Below, in pieces: positions 25,159 to 32,648 of a DNA stretch of 45,368 bases; the first letter of the stretch is position 1, and the number at the start of each line of letters is the position of its first letter. The notes beneath the pieces were generated by a model. It made no database searches, had not been told where the DNA came from, and saw only the letters and a program-made list of their open reading frames with translations. The DNA is from a virus. The translations under genes were made by a program, and so were the position numbers. The stretch is from IMG/VR virus record IMGVR_UViG_3300029471_000005; one strand, 5' to 3'.

Positions 25159-26589
25159 ATGACAACTGAACAAAAGAACGTCCTGAGAAAGATTATTTAT
25201 GCAGTCGAAACCGGTGGGCAGGTCTATGGACAGCAGGATTATTCGGACTTCACAGAAGCCTATGAGAATAATTCAGATGAACACGCAATCACGATTGGAG
25301 CAGGAGCATGGTACGCAACCGAAGCTAAAACGCTTCTGGAACGAATTTACGATGCCGACCCGAAACAGTGGGAGAAGATAGACAAGGTCAGACTTCTGGA
25401 ACAAGTTCAGACCGCAAACTGGGAATGCTTCAATATTTCCAGAGTATCACAGCTTGCTGATACCATAATTGCCCTTATTTCGTCCAAAATTGGTATTAAA
25501 TGCCAAGATAGCCTTATGGATGAACAATTAGCCGCTTATGCAGAAGAAGCACTTAAACAGGGCGTTACAAACGCTAGAGGGCAAGCTATGTGTGTGAACT
25601 TTAGGCATCAAGGCGGACAGGGAGCAGTAACAAGAATTTTAGCAAAGACTAAGAAACCATATACACTCGACAATCTCTATGCAGCCTGCCAGACCGACGC
25701 AGGGAACCAAGTCGGGGCATATAAGAGCAGACAGAAGTTTGTTTATGATGCATTAAAGACATATTTTCCAGAAAGTGAGGAAACAGGTATGAACGCAATT
25801 GACAAATTAATCCAGATCGCAAAGAATGAAGTTGGATATCTTGAAAAGGCAAGCAATAGTCAGCTTGATAGCAAGACAGCAAATGCCGGAGAAAATAATT
25901 ATACAAAATATTGGAGAGATGTAAAGCCATCTTATCAAGGACAGCCATGGTGTGCAGCGTTTGTTTCATGGTGTATGATGAAAGCATTTGGCTTAGACAC
26001 AGCAAAGAAACTCTTAAAACACTGGCCATACGTTTATTGTCCGACAATGGCAGATTTGTTTACTCTGAACAGCAATCCAAAAGTTGGAGATATTGTTATT
26101 TTTTATCGAAATGGCACATTTACACACACCGGAATCGTAATAAAAGTGTCAGGAGATCGGTTCTGGACAGTCGAAGGAAATACTTCTGGTGGCTCTACAA
26201 TTATCGCAAATGGTGGTGGAGTATGCCAGAAAAGCTACTGCAACAGCAACCTCCCGGGAACAAAATTCTGCACTCCAAACTACAGTTTAGTCAAAGATAC
26301 AACGCCAGTTTCAGACTCGGATACAGTCAAAAAACAGAACACAAGAGCCTACATTGCACAGATTAAAAAAGACACAAAATGTTATACAAAATCTAATAAA
26401 AAAAACCCGTCAAAGCTGTTTCCAAAACTGAAAAAAGGTGCAGTTGTAGAGGTGATGAAGTACACAGAAACTGACAGTTCGGGACTTAAATGGTACTTCG
26501 TCAGAATCCCGTACCCGAATGATGATGGGTTTGTATTTGAGTTTGTCCCGAAGGGCGTATTTAACAGAATTTCAGAAATTCATAAATAA
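25159..26589 (+). CDS. Endolysin: N-terminal glycosidase-like domain, CHAP domain and SH3b-like domain
   Basis: CHAP signature GQPWCAAFVSWCM...HTGIV...TVEGNTS; C-terminal KKGAVVEV...GLKWYFVRI is SH3-like; N-terminal ~200 aa carry AVETGG. Confidence 0.85.
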   Translation: MTTEQKNVLRKIIYAVETGGQVYGQQDYSDFTEAYENNSDEHAITIGAGAWYATEAKTLLERIYDADPKQWEKIDKVRLLEQVQTANWECFNISRVSQLADTIIALISSKIGIKCQDSLMDEQLAAYAEEALKQGVTNARGQAMCVNFRHQGGQGAVTRILAKTKKPYTLDNLYAACQTDAGNQVGAYKSRQKFVYDALKTYFPESEETGMNAIDKLIQIAKNEVGYLEKASNSQLDSKTANAGENNYTKYWRDVKPSYQGQPWCAAFVSWCMMKAFGLDTAKKLLKHWPYVYCPTMADLFTLNSNPKVGDIVIFYRNGTFTHTGIVIKVSGDRFWTVEGNTSGGSTIIANGGGVCQKSYCNSNLPGTKFCTPNYSLVKDTTPVSDSDTVKKQNTRAYIAQIKKDTKCYTKSNKKNPSKLFPKLKKGAVVEVMKYTETDSSGLKWYFVRIPYPNDDGFVFEFVPKGVFNRISEIHK

Positions 26590-26593
26590 AAAC

Positions 26594-26615
26594 TCCCGGG
26601 GATAGTACCCCGGGA
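26594..26615. terminator. Bidirectional terminator hairpin
   Basis: TCCCGGGG-atagta-CCCCGGGA; A-rich on the left and T-containing on the right, so it can terminate both the endolysin and integrase transcripts. Confidence 0.6.
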
Positions 26616-26680
26616 ATCATGTTTCTTATAACATATTGTATCATTTCGTTTTGTAAATCCTATTAGTTCGTTGGACACAC

Positions 26681-26692
26681 GTTAGTCACAAA
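26681..26692. repeat. GTTAGTCACAAA repeat, copy 1 (candidate integrase arm-type site)
   Basis: The same 12-mer recurs at 26926-26937, and a 10-mer at 26916-26925. Confidence 0.45.
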
Positions 26693-26821
26693 CATAAAAA
26701 TCATTTCCTCATTAAATATCCTCTAAAGTACTGTATTTAAAGGACTTTCTGACATTTGCATAGTTCTAATTAATATCCTGATTGAATACAATTAGAATAA
26801 TGAAAATGAAATGAGTGAACT

Positions 26822-26857
26822 CCTTGTAAAATCGCTGAGAATGTTGATTTTACAAGG
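26822..26857. other. Perfect 12-bp-stem hairpin / inverted repeat in the attP-like region
   Basis: CCTTGTAAAATC-12 nt-GATTTTACAAGG. Confidence 0.8.
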
Positions 26858-26915
26858 GTTTCACGCGTTTTTATGTTCTGAATTGTGATGAATAAAATTG
26901 ATAAAATAAGATTCC

Positions 26916-26937
26916 GTTAGTCACAGTTAGTCACAAA
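26916..26937. repeat. Tandem GTTAGTCACA / GTTAGTCACAAA copies overlapping the integrase 3' end
   Basis: Two adjacent copies that encode the integrase C-terminus VTNCD. Confidence 0.45.
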
Positions 26938-28098
26938 TGGGACTTTTATTTTCTCAATCTCTGTACGGAGTTCTTCCAATGTCCTGTGTCCATATACCGC
27001 GTTTGTAACATCTCCACCAAAAGAATGGCCGAGCATTCGCTTCCGGTCGTTCTCCCGGACGCCGTATTTTTCGCACAACGCAGAAAAGGTGTGTCGACAA
27101 TCATGCGGCGTGTGCTTCGGATCACCGACGATTTCTAAGCGTTCCAGTGTAGGATAGAACAGCGCTTTTCTGTGATGCTGCTGAGTATATACGCATAGTT
27201 TTCCATCTTGTGTCAGCACTTTCTGTTCGACAAAATGGTATATAGCGGGATGTATCGGGACAATTCTGTTTTTACCGGCTTTTGTTTTGATACCACCTTG
27301 GAAGTATCTTTCTTCTAAGTTGGTCGTAAGTTTTAGCACCTCACCGATTCTCCAGCCGGAGTAACACATAATAAGAATGAGCTGCACTTCTGGATCGTCG
27401 GTATTATTCCATAGCACTTGCATCTCCTGATCAGAAAATGGCGTTCCATGTTCGGTGTCATTATCAGCATTGACATGGACATATAACGCCTTATTTTCCG
27501 TTACAATTTCTGAGTAAACAGCGTATTTATACATCTGCTTGAACAGTGTAAGAATTGCCATGAGACTCTGACGCTTTAACGGGCAGTCATCAATTACCTT
27601 TTGCAGATCAGGCGCTTTTAAATCCTCGAATACACGATTATACAGAGCCGTGCAGTTTGAGTAAGCAGTCTGGTAAGCTATCTTTGAGCTATAAGAAAGT
27701 TTTGAACCCTCTGGAAACTTCCATGCGTAAAACTTCTCATATACCTCTGAAAACGTCAATTTCTTGATTTCCGGGTGTTTATCCTCGACACCCTTGATTG
27801 TATTGTAGTCAGCAATCAAACGAGTAACAAGGGTATCTACGTCCGTTGTAGGTGATATCTCAAGGTCTCGTTCCATCCCTGGCTGATATGTTCCTGCCTT
27901 GTATGCGGTCAGTACAGTAAATCCTTTAATCCAGTCATCTACATAGCAGATTGCAGGCGGTCGGACGGGCTTTCCGGTCTTTTCATCCAGTACTGCCGGA
28001 GGATGGACCGCAAATGGATTCCTGCGATTGCTGCCCAGATACCGTATTGTTCCGAAACTGTTGGGGAGCTTCGGGTATTTCTTTCTTTTCTTCGCCAT
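26917..28098 (-). CDS. int: Tyrosine integrase
   Basis: 393 aa; C-terminal catalytic motifs HDCRHTF...LGHS...YGH; GWRIGE box. Confidence 0.9.
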   Translation of the reverse strand: MAKKRKKYPKLPNSFGTIRYLGSNRRNPFAVHPPAVLDEKTGKPVRPPAICYVDDWIKGFTVLTAYKAGTYQPGMERDLEISPTTDVDTLVTRLIADYNTIKGVEDKHPEIKKLTFSEVYEKFYAWKFPEGSKLSYSSKIAYQTAYSNCTALYNRVFEDLKAPDLQKVIDDCPLKRQSLMAILTLFKQMYKYAVYSEIVTENKALYVHVNADNDTEHGTPFSDQEMQVLWNNTDDPEVQLILIMCYSGWRIGEVLKLTTNLEERYFQGGIKTKAGKNRIVPIHPAIYHFVEQKVLTQDGKLCVYTQQHHRKALFYPTLERLEIVGDPKHTPHDCRHTFSALCEKYGVRENDRKRMLGHSFGGDVTNAVYGHRTLEELRTEIEKIKVPFVTNCD

Positions 28099-28273
28099 TT
28101 TTATTCCTCTTTTCTTTATAGCTGTTTTTAGGTATAAAAATAACAGCCGAACAAATTTTCTGTCTTGTTCGACTGCTCCGAAGATGATACAATATGTTTT
28201 GCCAGAATATTACATTTCTTCGGAGATGTATAAACGCCACCTCGGTACGCCAATGCCGGGGTGGTTTTTATTT

Positions 28274-28753
28274 TTATTCTATTTCTTCAATATCGACTGA
28301 ATATCCGAGAACTTCTCCGACAGTTGTGCATTTTCCCTTTAGTGTGACTGTATCACCTTTTGCCATTGATGCGACTTTCGAACGCTGCTCATCATTTTTA
28401 ATCTGGCACTGAACGCCGATTATCGCATATTCATCGTCAGGATAGAGGGAGATATATTTTCCAGATGAATCAATGTTCCCGAGTCTACCAGTGATTTCTA
28501 AGTATTGCCCTTTGTATTTATCAGATGCTCCAAGTGCGTTATCATCGAGCTGAGACATCATATCATTGACTGATACGGCTGTGTATTCAATTGGTGTAGG
28601 TGTATCAGTTTCTTTTGCAGATTCCGTCTTTGCAGATGTGCTGGAAGAAGACGTGGTGTTTGAATCCGAATTTCCACCAACGGCACCGATAACTCCAACG
28701 GCAACAACTGCTAAAACTACCCATTTAAGTTTTCCACCTTTTTTCTTACCCAT
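28274..28753 (-). CDS. Membrane-anchored OB-fold (tRNA_anti-like family) protein
   Basis: AGGAGG RBS before ATG 28753; N-terminal TM WVVLAVVAVGVIGAVGG, S/T-rich linker, then YKGQYLEITG...GDTVTLKGKC is OB-like. Confidence 0.5.
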   Translation of the reverse strand: MGKKKGGKLKWVVLAVVAVGVIGAVGGNSDSNTTSSSSTSAKTESAKETDTPTPIEYTAVSVNDMMSQLDDNALGASDKYKGQYLEITGRLGNIDSSGKYISLYPDDEYAIIGVQCQIKNDEQRSKVASMAKGDTVTLKGKCTTVGEVLGYSVDIEEIE

Positions 28754-28984
28754 AGAATTGCTCCTCCTAATAGCTTTATTCGCCACGCTTCGCACTTTTC
28801 ATGCGGATTATGTATTTTGTACCGCTGATTTTGCAATATTATGTAAAGTACGGTTATTCGTGGTATTTTTATTTTATCATTTTGAGAACGCGTTGTAAAG
28901 ATTTAGAATGAAATAGAGTGATTTAGATGAAAAAGAAATGTTTTTTTCTATAAAATAGTGAGAGTTCATGTATATCATTGGCAG

Positions 28985-29013
28985 TTGCCAAGAGTCGGAA
29001 TAGGTGGTATAAT
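28985..29013 (+). promoter_or_regulatory. Near-consensus sigma-70 promoter
   Basis: TTGCCA, 17 nt, TATAAT, with a TG extended -10 (TGGTATAAT). Confidence 0.7.
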
Positions 29014-29101
29014 AGCAAAAGAGAACTAATGTTCGGTTCTATTTCCCACAGCCGGACATATACTGTAATGTAGGCGGTAGTTGTGACAGGGAGGGTTATT
29101 T

Positions 29102-29218
29102 ATGGATTATAAGAAGGAGATTATTGAGATGGTTGAAAAATGTGATAATGAGGGCAAGTTAAAATTTGTCTATACGATTCTTATCAAATATCTAAAATCA
29201 AAGAAGCAAGGGGATTAA
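29102..29218 (+). CDS. Small hypothetical protein (37 aa)
   Basis: GGGAGGG RBS; MDYKKEIIEMVEKCDNEGKLKFVYTILIKYLKSKKQGD; downstream of the strong promoter; too short for the ORF track. Confidence 0.5.
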   Translation: MDYKKEIIEMVEKCDNEGKLKFVYTILIKYLKSKKQGD

Positions 29219-29232
29219 CCCTTGCTCTTTTT
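29205..29232. terminator. Bidirectional terminator shared by the small ORF and the repressor gene
   Basis: AGCAAGGG-gattaa-CCCTTGCT followed by CTTTTTGTTT. Confidence 0.7.
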
Positions 29233-29559
29233 GTTTAATGATGAAACTATTTGTTTTATTGCTTTCTTATCTTCTTTATCGAGTGCTTTATATTCCTCGA
29301 TAAAGTCTAAGACGTCAGGTTCTGACATAAGGTTTCCAATTATGGTTGCATAATCGTCATCGCTTTTGGAACCCACGAGATATGTCGGTGTTACTTCCAG
29401 AGCGCCGCATAGAAGTTCGATAGTGTCCATATCTGGTTTGCACTTATCTTTTTCCCAGTCACTAATTGAATTGTGTTTTACATTGATTTTTTCTGCGAGT
29501 TGTTTCTGAGTTAATTTCTTTGCTGTTCTGGCTTGCTTGATTTTCTCGCCAAATGTCAT
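29215..29559 (-). CDS. cI-like repressor (XRE-family HTH)
   Basis: AAGGAGG RBS before ATG 29559; LTQKQLAEKINVKHNSISDWEKDK HTH; divergent from the Cro-like gene. Confidence 0.85.
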   Translation of the reverse strand: MTFGEKIKQARTAKKLTQKQLAEKINVKHNSISDWEKDKCKPDMDTIELLCGALEVTPTYLVGSKSDDDYATIIGNLMSEPDVLDFIEEYKALDKEDKKAIKQIVSSLNKKSKG

Positions 29560-29721
29560 TATCGATTTCCTCCTTTCATGATTAATAATAATATAGAAAT
29601 TTCGAACTGTCAATAAAATAATTTCGATTTTCTCGAAATTTATTCTTGACATTCGAATATTTCGAAGTTATACTGTAATTGTTCGATAGGAACGAAACTT
29701 AAATAGAAAGGAGAATTGAAA
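29560..29721. promoter_or_regulatory. Lysis-lysogeny switch: divergent promoters with TTCGAA-core operators
   Basis: Rightward TTGACA (29646-29651), 17 nt, TATACT (29669-29674); leftward TTGACA (complement of 29608-29613); perfect inverted repeat AATTTCGA-5-TCGAAATT at 29620-29640; TTCGAA at 29601, 29652 and 29661. Confidence 0.75.
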
Positions 29722-29946
29722 ATGTGTGTTGGTAAGAAAATCAAGTCATACCTTGAGAATAACGGCATAACACAGACATTCGTTGCCAACAAAACTGGTA
29801 TTCCTGTTCAGAAGCTCAATCTTTCTCTCAATGGAAATCGCAAATTAGATTTCGATGAATACGAATTAATTTGTGGAGCATTATCTGTTGGAACCGATAA
29901 GTTTCTTGAACCAAGGTTGCCAGAACGGAAGGGGATAAATAATTGA
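29722..29946 (+). CDS. Cro-like XRE-family HTH regulator
   Basis: AAGGAG lies 8 nt before ATG 29722; ITQTFVANKTGIPVQKLNLSLNG HTH. Confidence 0.75.
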   Translation: MCVGKKIKSYLENNGITQTFVANKTGIPVQKLNLSLNGNRKLDFDEYELICGALSVGTDKFLEPRLPERKGINN

Positions 29947-30494
29947 AACGTAAAGTATACGTCATGGATTGTGGCGATTTCGTAAAAATCGGTGTCTCTG
30001 GAAATGTCGAGCAGAGGGCAACACAGATTCCGTACAAGGTAAATCGAATCTATTCAACAGATGAAATGGAAGACGCTTTTAAATTAGAGCGTGAAATGCA
30101 CATGTTATTTGATAAAAATAGGGTTTCAGAAGTACAGGGAAGAGAGTATTTTAATATCTCTTTTGACATTGCTGCATTTGAATTAAAGAAAAGAGCGGAT
30201 GAGCAAAAAAATGTAGAATCTGCAAAGCTAATACCTAGAAAGCCGCTTTCTATCAGTGAAAAGCAGAAAGCCATACTCAAATTGATTCCGCTGCTTAAAT
30301 TTGTTGATGATTTCGACCTCGGATACATGCTCGGCGTAGCAGAGGAGAAAAGTAAAGCAAAAAGCATGGAAGAATCTGAATATGATTCTATACAAGATGG
30401 CATCTCCGCTCTGCTATCCCTCAATGAAGATGATTTGCGGATGACTTTGGGTTACGCAATCGCATTGAGAGATAAAAGCAAAGCAAGGAGGTGA
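29943..30494 (+). CDS. T5orf172 (GIY-YIG-like) domain protein
   Basis: KVYVMDCGDFVKIGVSGNVEQRATQI...LEREMHMLF...REYF pattern; TTG start overlaps the cro stop. Confidence 0.6.
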   Translation: MKRKVYVMDCGDFVKIGVSGNVEQRATQIPYKVNRIYSTDEMEDAFKLEREMHMLFDKNRVSEVQGREYFNISFDIAAFELKKRADEQKNVESAKLIPRKPLSISEKQKAILKLIPLLKFVDDFDLGYMLGVAEEKSKAKSMEESEYDSIQDGISALLSLNEDDLRMTLGYAIALRDKSKARR

Positions 30495-30500
30495 AAAAAG

Positions 30501-30788
30501 TTGAGCAGATACAAAAACAAAGTCGAAGAGTCCTTTGGAGAGCTTTGGAAATTTGTTCTGGATTTGCAATATGAGACAGACAAGATTAAAAAAGCTGTTC
30601 TGACAGGGGAAAAAGGCGACTTGAAGATGCCTGAAGAAATTCCAAGTGAGCAGACAGATAACGAATATCTGAAAGAGCAGTTCGGAATATATTCACGATA
30701 TGTGAAATCATTATCCATCTGCACACACGTTTTAGCAATTATCTCAATAATTTCTCTAATAATTGCAATAGTGGCTCTGCTTGTATAG
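30501..30788 (+). CDS. Hypothetical tail-anchored membrane protein (95 aa)
   Basis: AGGAGG RBS, TTG start; C-terminal TM VLAIISIISLIIAIVALLV. Confidence 0.5.
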   Translation: MSRYKNKVEESFGELWKFVLDLQYETDKIKKAVLTGEKGDLKMPEEIPSEQTDNEYLKEQFGIYSRYVKSLSICTHVLAIISIISLIIAIVALLV

Positions 30789-31050
30789 AAATTGAGAAAA
30801 GACTGGTAATCAGCGCAATGATGGACAGAACAGTTGTTATCCAAAATCTGGATATATCTTGAAAATATGCTTTCATGGCGACTTCACCCGCTTGTGTGAT
30901 TTCATATGCGTGATCTTGCGATCTTGAGCGCATAAAGTATTTTTTGTTGAAAAGGTATTTGCAAGCATCTACTTCACGCTGATTACTAGGAGTAAATCCA
31001 CAATTTCTTAAAGCTTTTTTCAATATTTTATATTGATATCTTGTTATCAA
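30739..31050 (-). CDS. Hypothetical membrane protein (103 aa from TTG)
   Basis: GGAGG lies 7 nt before TTG 31050; TM FWITTVLSIIALITSLFSISI near the C-terminus; its 3' end overlaps the convergent gene by 50 nt. Confidence 0.45.
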   Translation of the reverse strand: MITRYQYKILKKALRNCGFTPSNQREVDACKYLFNKKYFMRSRSQDHAYEITQAGEVAMKAYFQDISRFWITTVLSIIALITSLFSISIQAEPLLQLLEKLLR

Positions 31051-31099
31051 ATGAACACCTCCTTTGCAGGAGAGTATATCACAAGAAAGGAGTGAGCGC

Positions 31100-31261
31100 A
31101 TGTCTGAAAAAGAAAAAAGAATCGTAGAAAAGCTGAAAGAAGCGATTCCTAATATGTCAGAATTTGATAAGGGATACATTCTCGGTAAGACGGAAAGTTT
31201 TTCTGAGAATAATCTGGAGAAAAAATCAGATAAGAAAGAAGCTGCAACTTCGCAGTATTAA
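31100..31261 (+). CDS. Small hypothetical protein (53 aa) sharing a motif with the T5orf172 protein C-terminus
   Basis: AAGGAG RBS; SEKEKRIVEKLKEAIPNMSEFDKGYILG compared with SEKQKAILKLIPLLKFVDDFDLGYMLG. Confidence 0.5.
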   Translation: MSEKEKRIVEKLKEAIPNMSEFDKGYILGKTESFSENNLEKKSDKKEAATSQY

Positions 31262-31275
31262 AGAGGAGGAAGAAA

Positions 31276-32010
31276 ATGAAGAAATTTGAATTAACATCAG
31301 AAACCAAAATTAACATTTTCGGAAAGAAACTTTTCAGAATCAAAGCGCTCATTTCATTTGGAGATGTAAAAGCCGGAGAAACTGGTGGATGGGTAGAAAA
31401 AGAAGAAAATGTAAACCAGTCCGGCAATGCATGGGTGTCCGGCAATGCAATGGTGTCCGGCAATGCAAAGGTGTCCGGCAATGCAATGGTGTACGGCAAT
31501 GCAATGGTGTACGGTGATGCAAAGGTGTACGGCAATGCAATGGTGTACGGTGATGCAAAGGTGTACGGCAATGCAAAGGTGTCCGGCAATGCATGGGTGT
31601 CCGGCAATGCAAAGGTGTACGGCAATGCATGGGTGTCCGGCAATGCAAAGGTGTCCGGTGATGCAATGGTGTCCGGTGATGCATGGGTGTCCGGCAATGC
31701 ATGGGTGTCCGGCAATGCAAAGGTGTACGGTGATGCAATGGTGTACGGTGATGCATGGGTGTCCGGTGATGCAATGGTGTCCGGTGATGCAGATTACGCC
31801 ACTATTCATGGATTTGGTACTCAATTCCGCACCACTACGTTTTTTAGATGCAAAGATAAAAAGGTCAGAGTTGCATGCGGATGCTTTTTCGGAACTATTC
31901 CAGAATTCCGAGAACAGGTAAAAGATACCAGAAAAGGGAAAATCGCAGAAGAATATCTGGTGATTTCCGATTTGATGGAAAAGCATTTTGAGGTGAAAAG
32001 CAATGAATGA
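31276..32010 (+). CDS. Hexapeptide-repeat (beta-helix/solenoid-like) protein
   Basis: 20.5 consecutive G-[ND]-A-[WMK]-V-[SY] hexads flanked by unique N- and C-terminal domains; GGAGGAAG RBS. Confidence 0.7.
   Translation: MKKFELTSETKINIFGKKLFRIKALISFGDVKAGETGGWVEKEENVNQSGNAWVSGNAMVSGNAKVSGNAMVYGNAMVYGDAKVYGNAMVYGDAKVYGNAKVSGNAWVSGNAKVYGNAWVSGNAKVSGDAMVSGDAWVSGNAWVSGNAKVYGDAMVYGDAWVSGDAMVSGDADYATIHGFGTQFRTTTFFRCKDKKVRVACGCFFGTIPEFREQVKDTRKGKIAEEYLVISDLMEKHFEVKSNE
31423..31791 (+). repeat. 18-bp tandem repeat x20.5 (coding)
   Basis: Unit GGCAATGCATGGGTGTCC, varying only at ggc-aat/ggt-gat, tgg/atg/aag and tcc/tac. Confidence 0.95.
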
Positions 32011-32332
32011 CATAGAAGAATACATTGAAAAAAACGCACAGGTTCATCAGTTTGCCGCAGAAGTGGCAAGAATCATATCTGGTATCCCACAGATGCCAGA
32101 GTTCTCAAACGAGCGCCTGACAGTATCAGATGTGAGTAAAATGACAGGCATTCCTACACCATCTGTCAGAGCAGGAATCATCTATGGATGGCTGCCTATC
32201 GGCACGGCGTATCGTGGGAACAAAGTGATTCACGACAGAAAAGGTTCTGGCAGAATAGAATTTGTTATCTCTCCAAGAAAGCTCTGGGAAGAAACAGGAT
32301 ATATCTGGAGAGGAAAAGAAGCATTAAAGTGA
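32003..32332 (+). CDS. Putative HTH DNA-binding protein (MerR/excisionase-like)
   Basis: LTVSDVSKMTGIPTPSVRAGIIYGWLP resembles the HTH_17 type; overlaps the upstream stop. Confidence 0.35.
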   Translation: MNDIEEYIEKNAQVHQFAAEVARIISGIPQMPEFSNERLTVSDVSKMTGIPTPSVRAGIIYGWLPIGTAYRGNKVIHDRKGSGRIEFVISPRKLWEETGYIWRGKEALK

Positions 32333-32341
32333 TAGTGCCCC

Positions 32342-32359
32342 GGTGGTGAAAGCACCACC
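32342..32359 (+). other. GC-rich stem-loop without a U-tract
   Basis: GGTGGTG-aaag-CACCACC, flanked by CC...CCGG. Confidence 0.6.
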
Positions 32360-32462
32360 AACCGGAGCGTTGCACCAACTAAACCACACTTAGTAGGTAC
32401 AGGTTAATTATAACTTCGTATCTGCTAATTGTAAATACCAAAAAAGGAGAAATTAGCACGAT

Positions 32463-32648
32463 ATGAGCAGAAATAGCACAAATAAATGTGAAAATGTTCC
32501 GACATGGGACGAACTTGAGTTCATTCTTGCGACAGAAATTGTCGAAGAAAGTAGAAAAAAAGCAAGAAAATGGTTCACGGCATGGATTGTGACCGCAGCC
32601 GCACTGGTAGCAAGCAATCTGGCATGGATTATGGGAGAAATGAAATGA
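32463..32648 (+). CDS. Small membrane protein (61 aa)
   Basis: AAGGAG RBS; C-terminal TM WFTAWIVTAAALVASNLAWIM. Confidence 0.55.
   Translation: MSRNSTNKCENVPTWDELEFILATEIVEESRKKARKWFTAWIVTAAALVASNLAWIMGEMK

Noticed and set aside
31423-31791. Possible CRISPR array because of the regular short repeats
   Set aside because: The units are contiguous with no spacers, are 18 bp long and lie in frame within a coding sequence.
31149-32025. Four long ORFs (two minus-strand, one alternative plus frame, one long minus) across the hexapeptide repeat
   Set aside because: They are artefacts of the 18-bp repeat, which lacks stop codons in all six frames. Only the 31276-32010 frame has an RBS and unique flanking domains.
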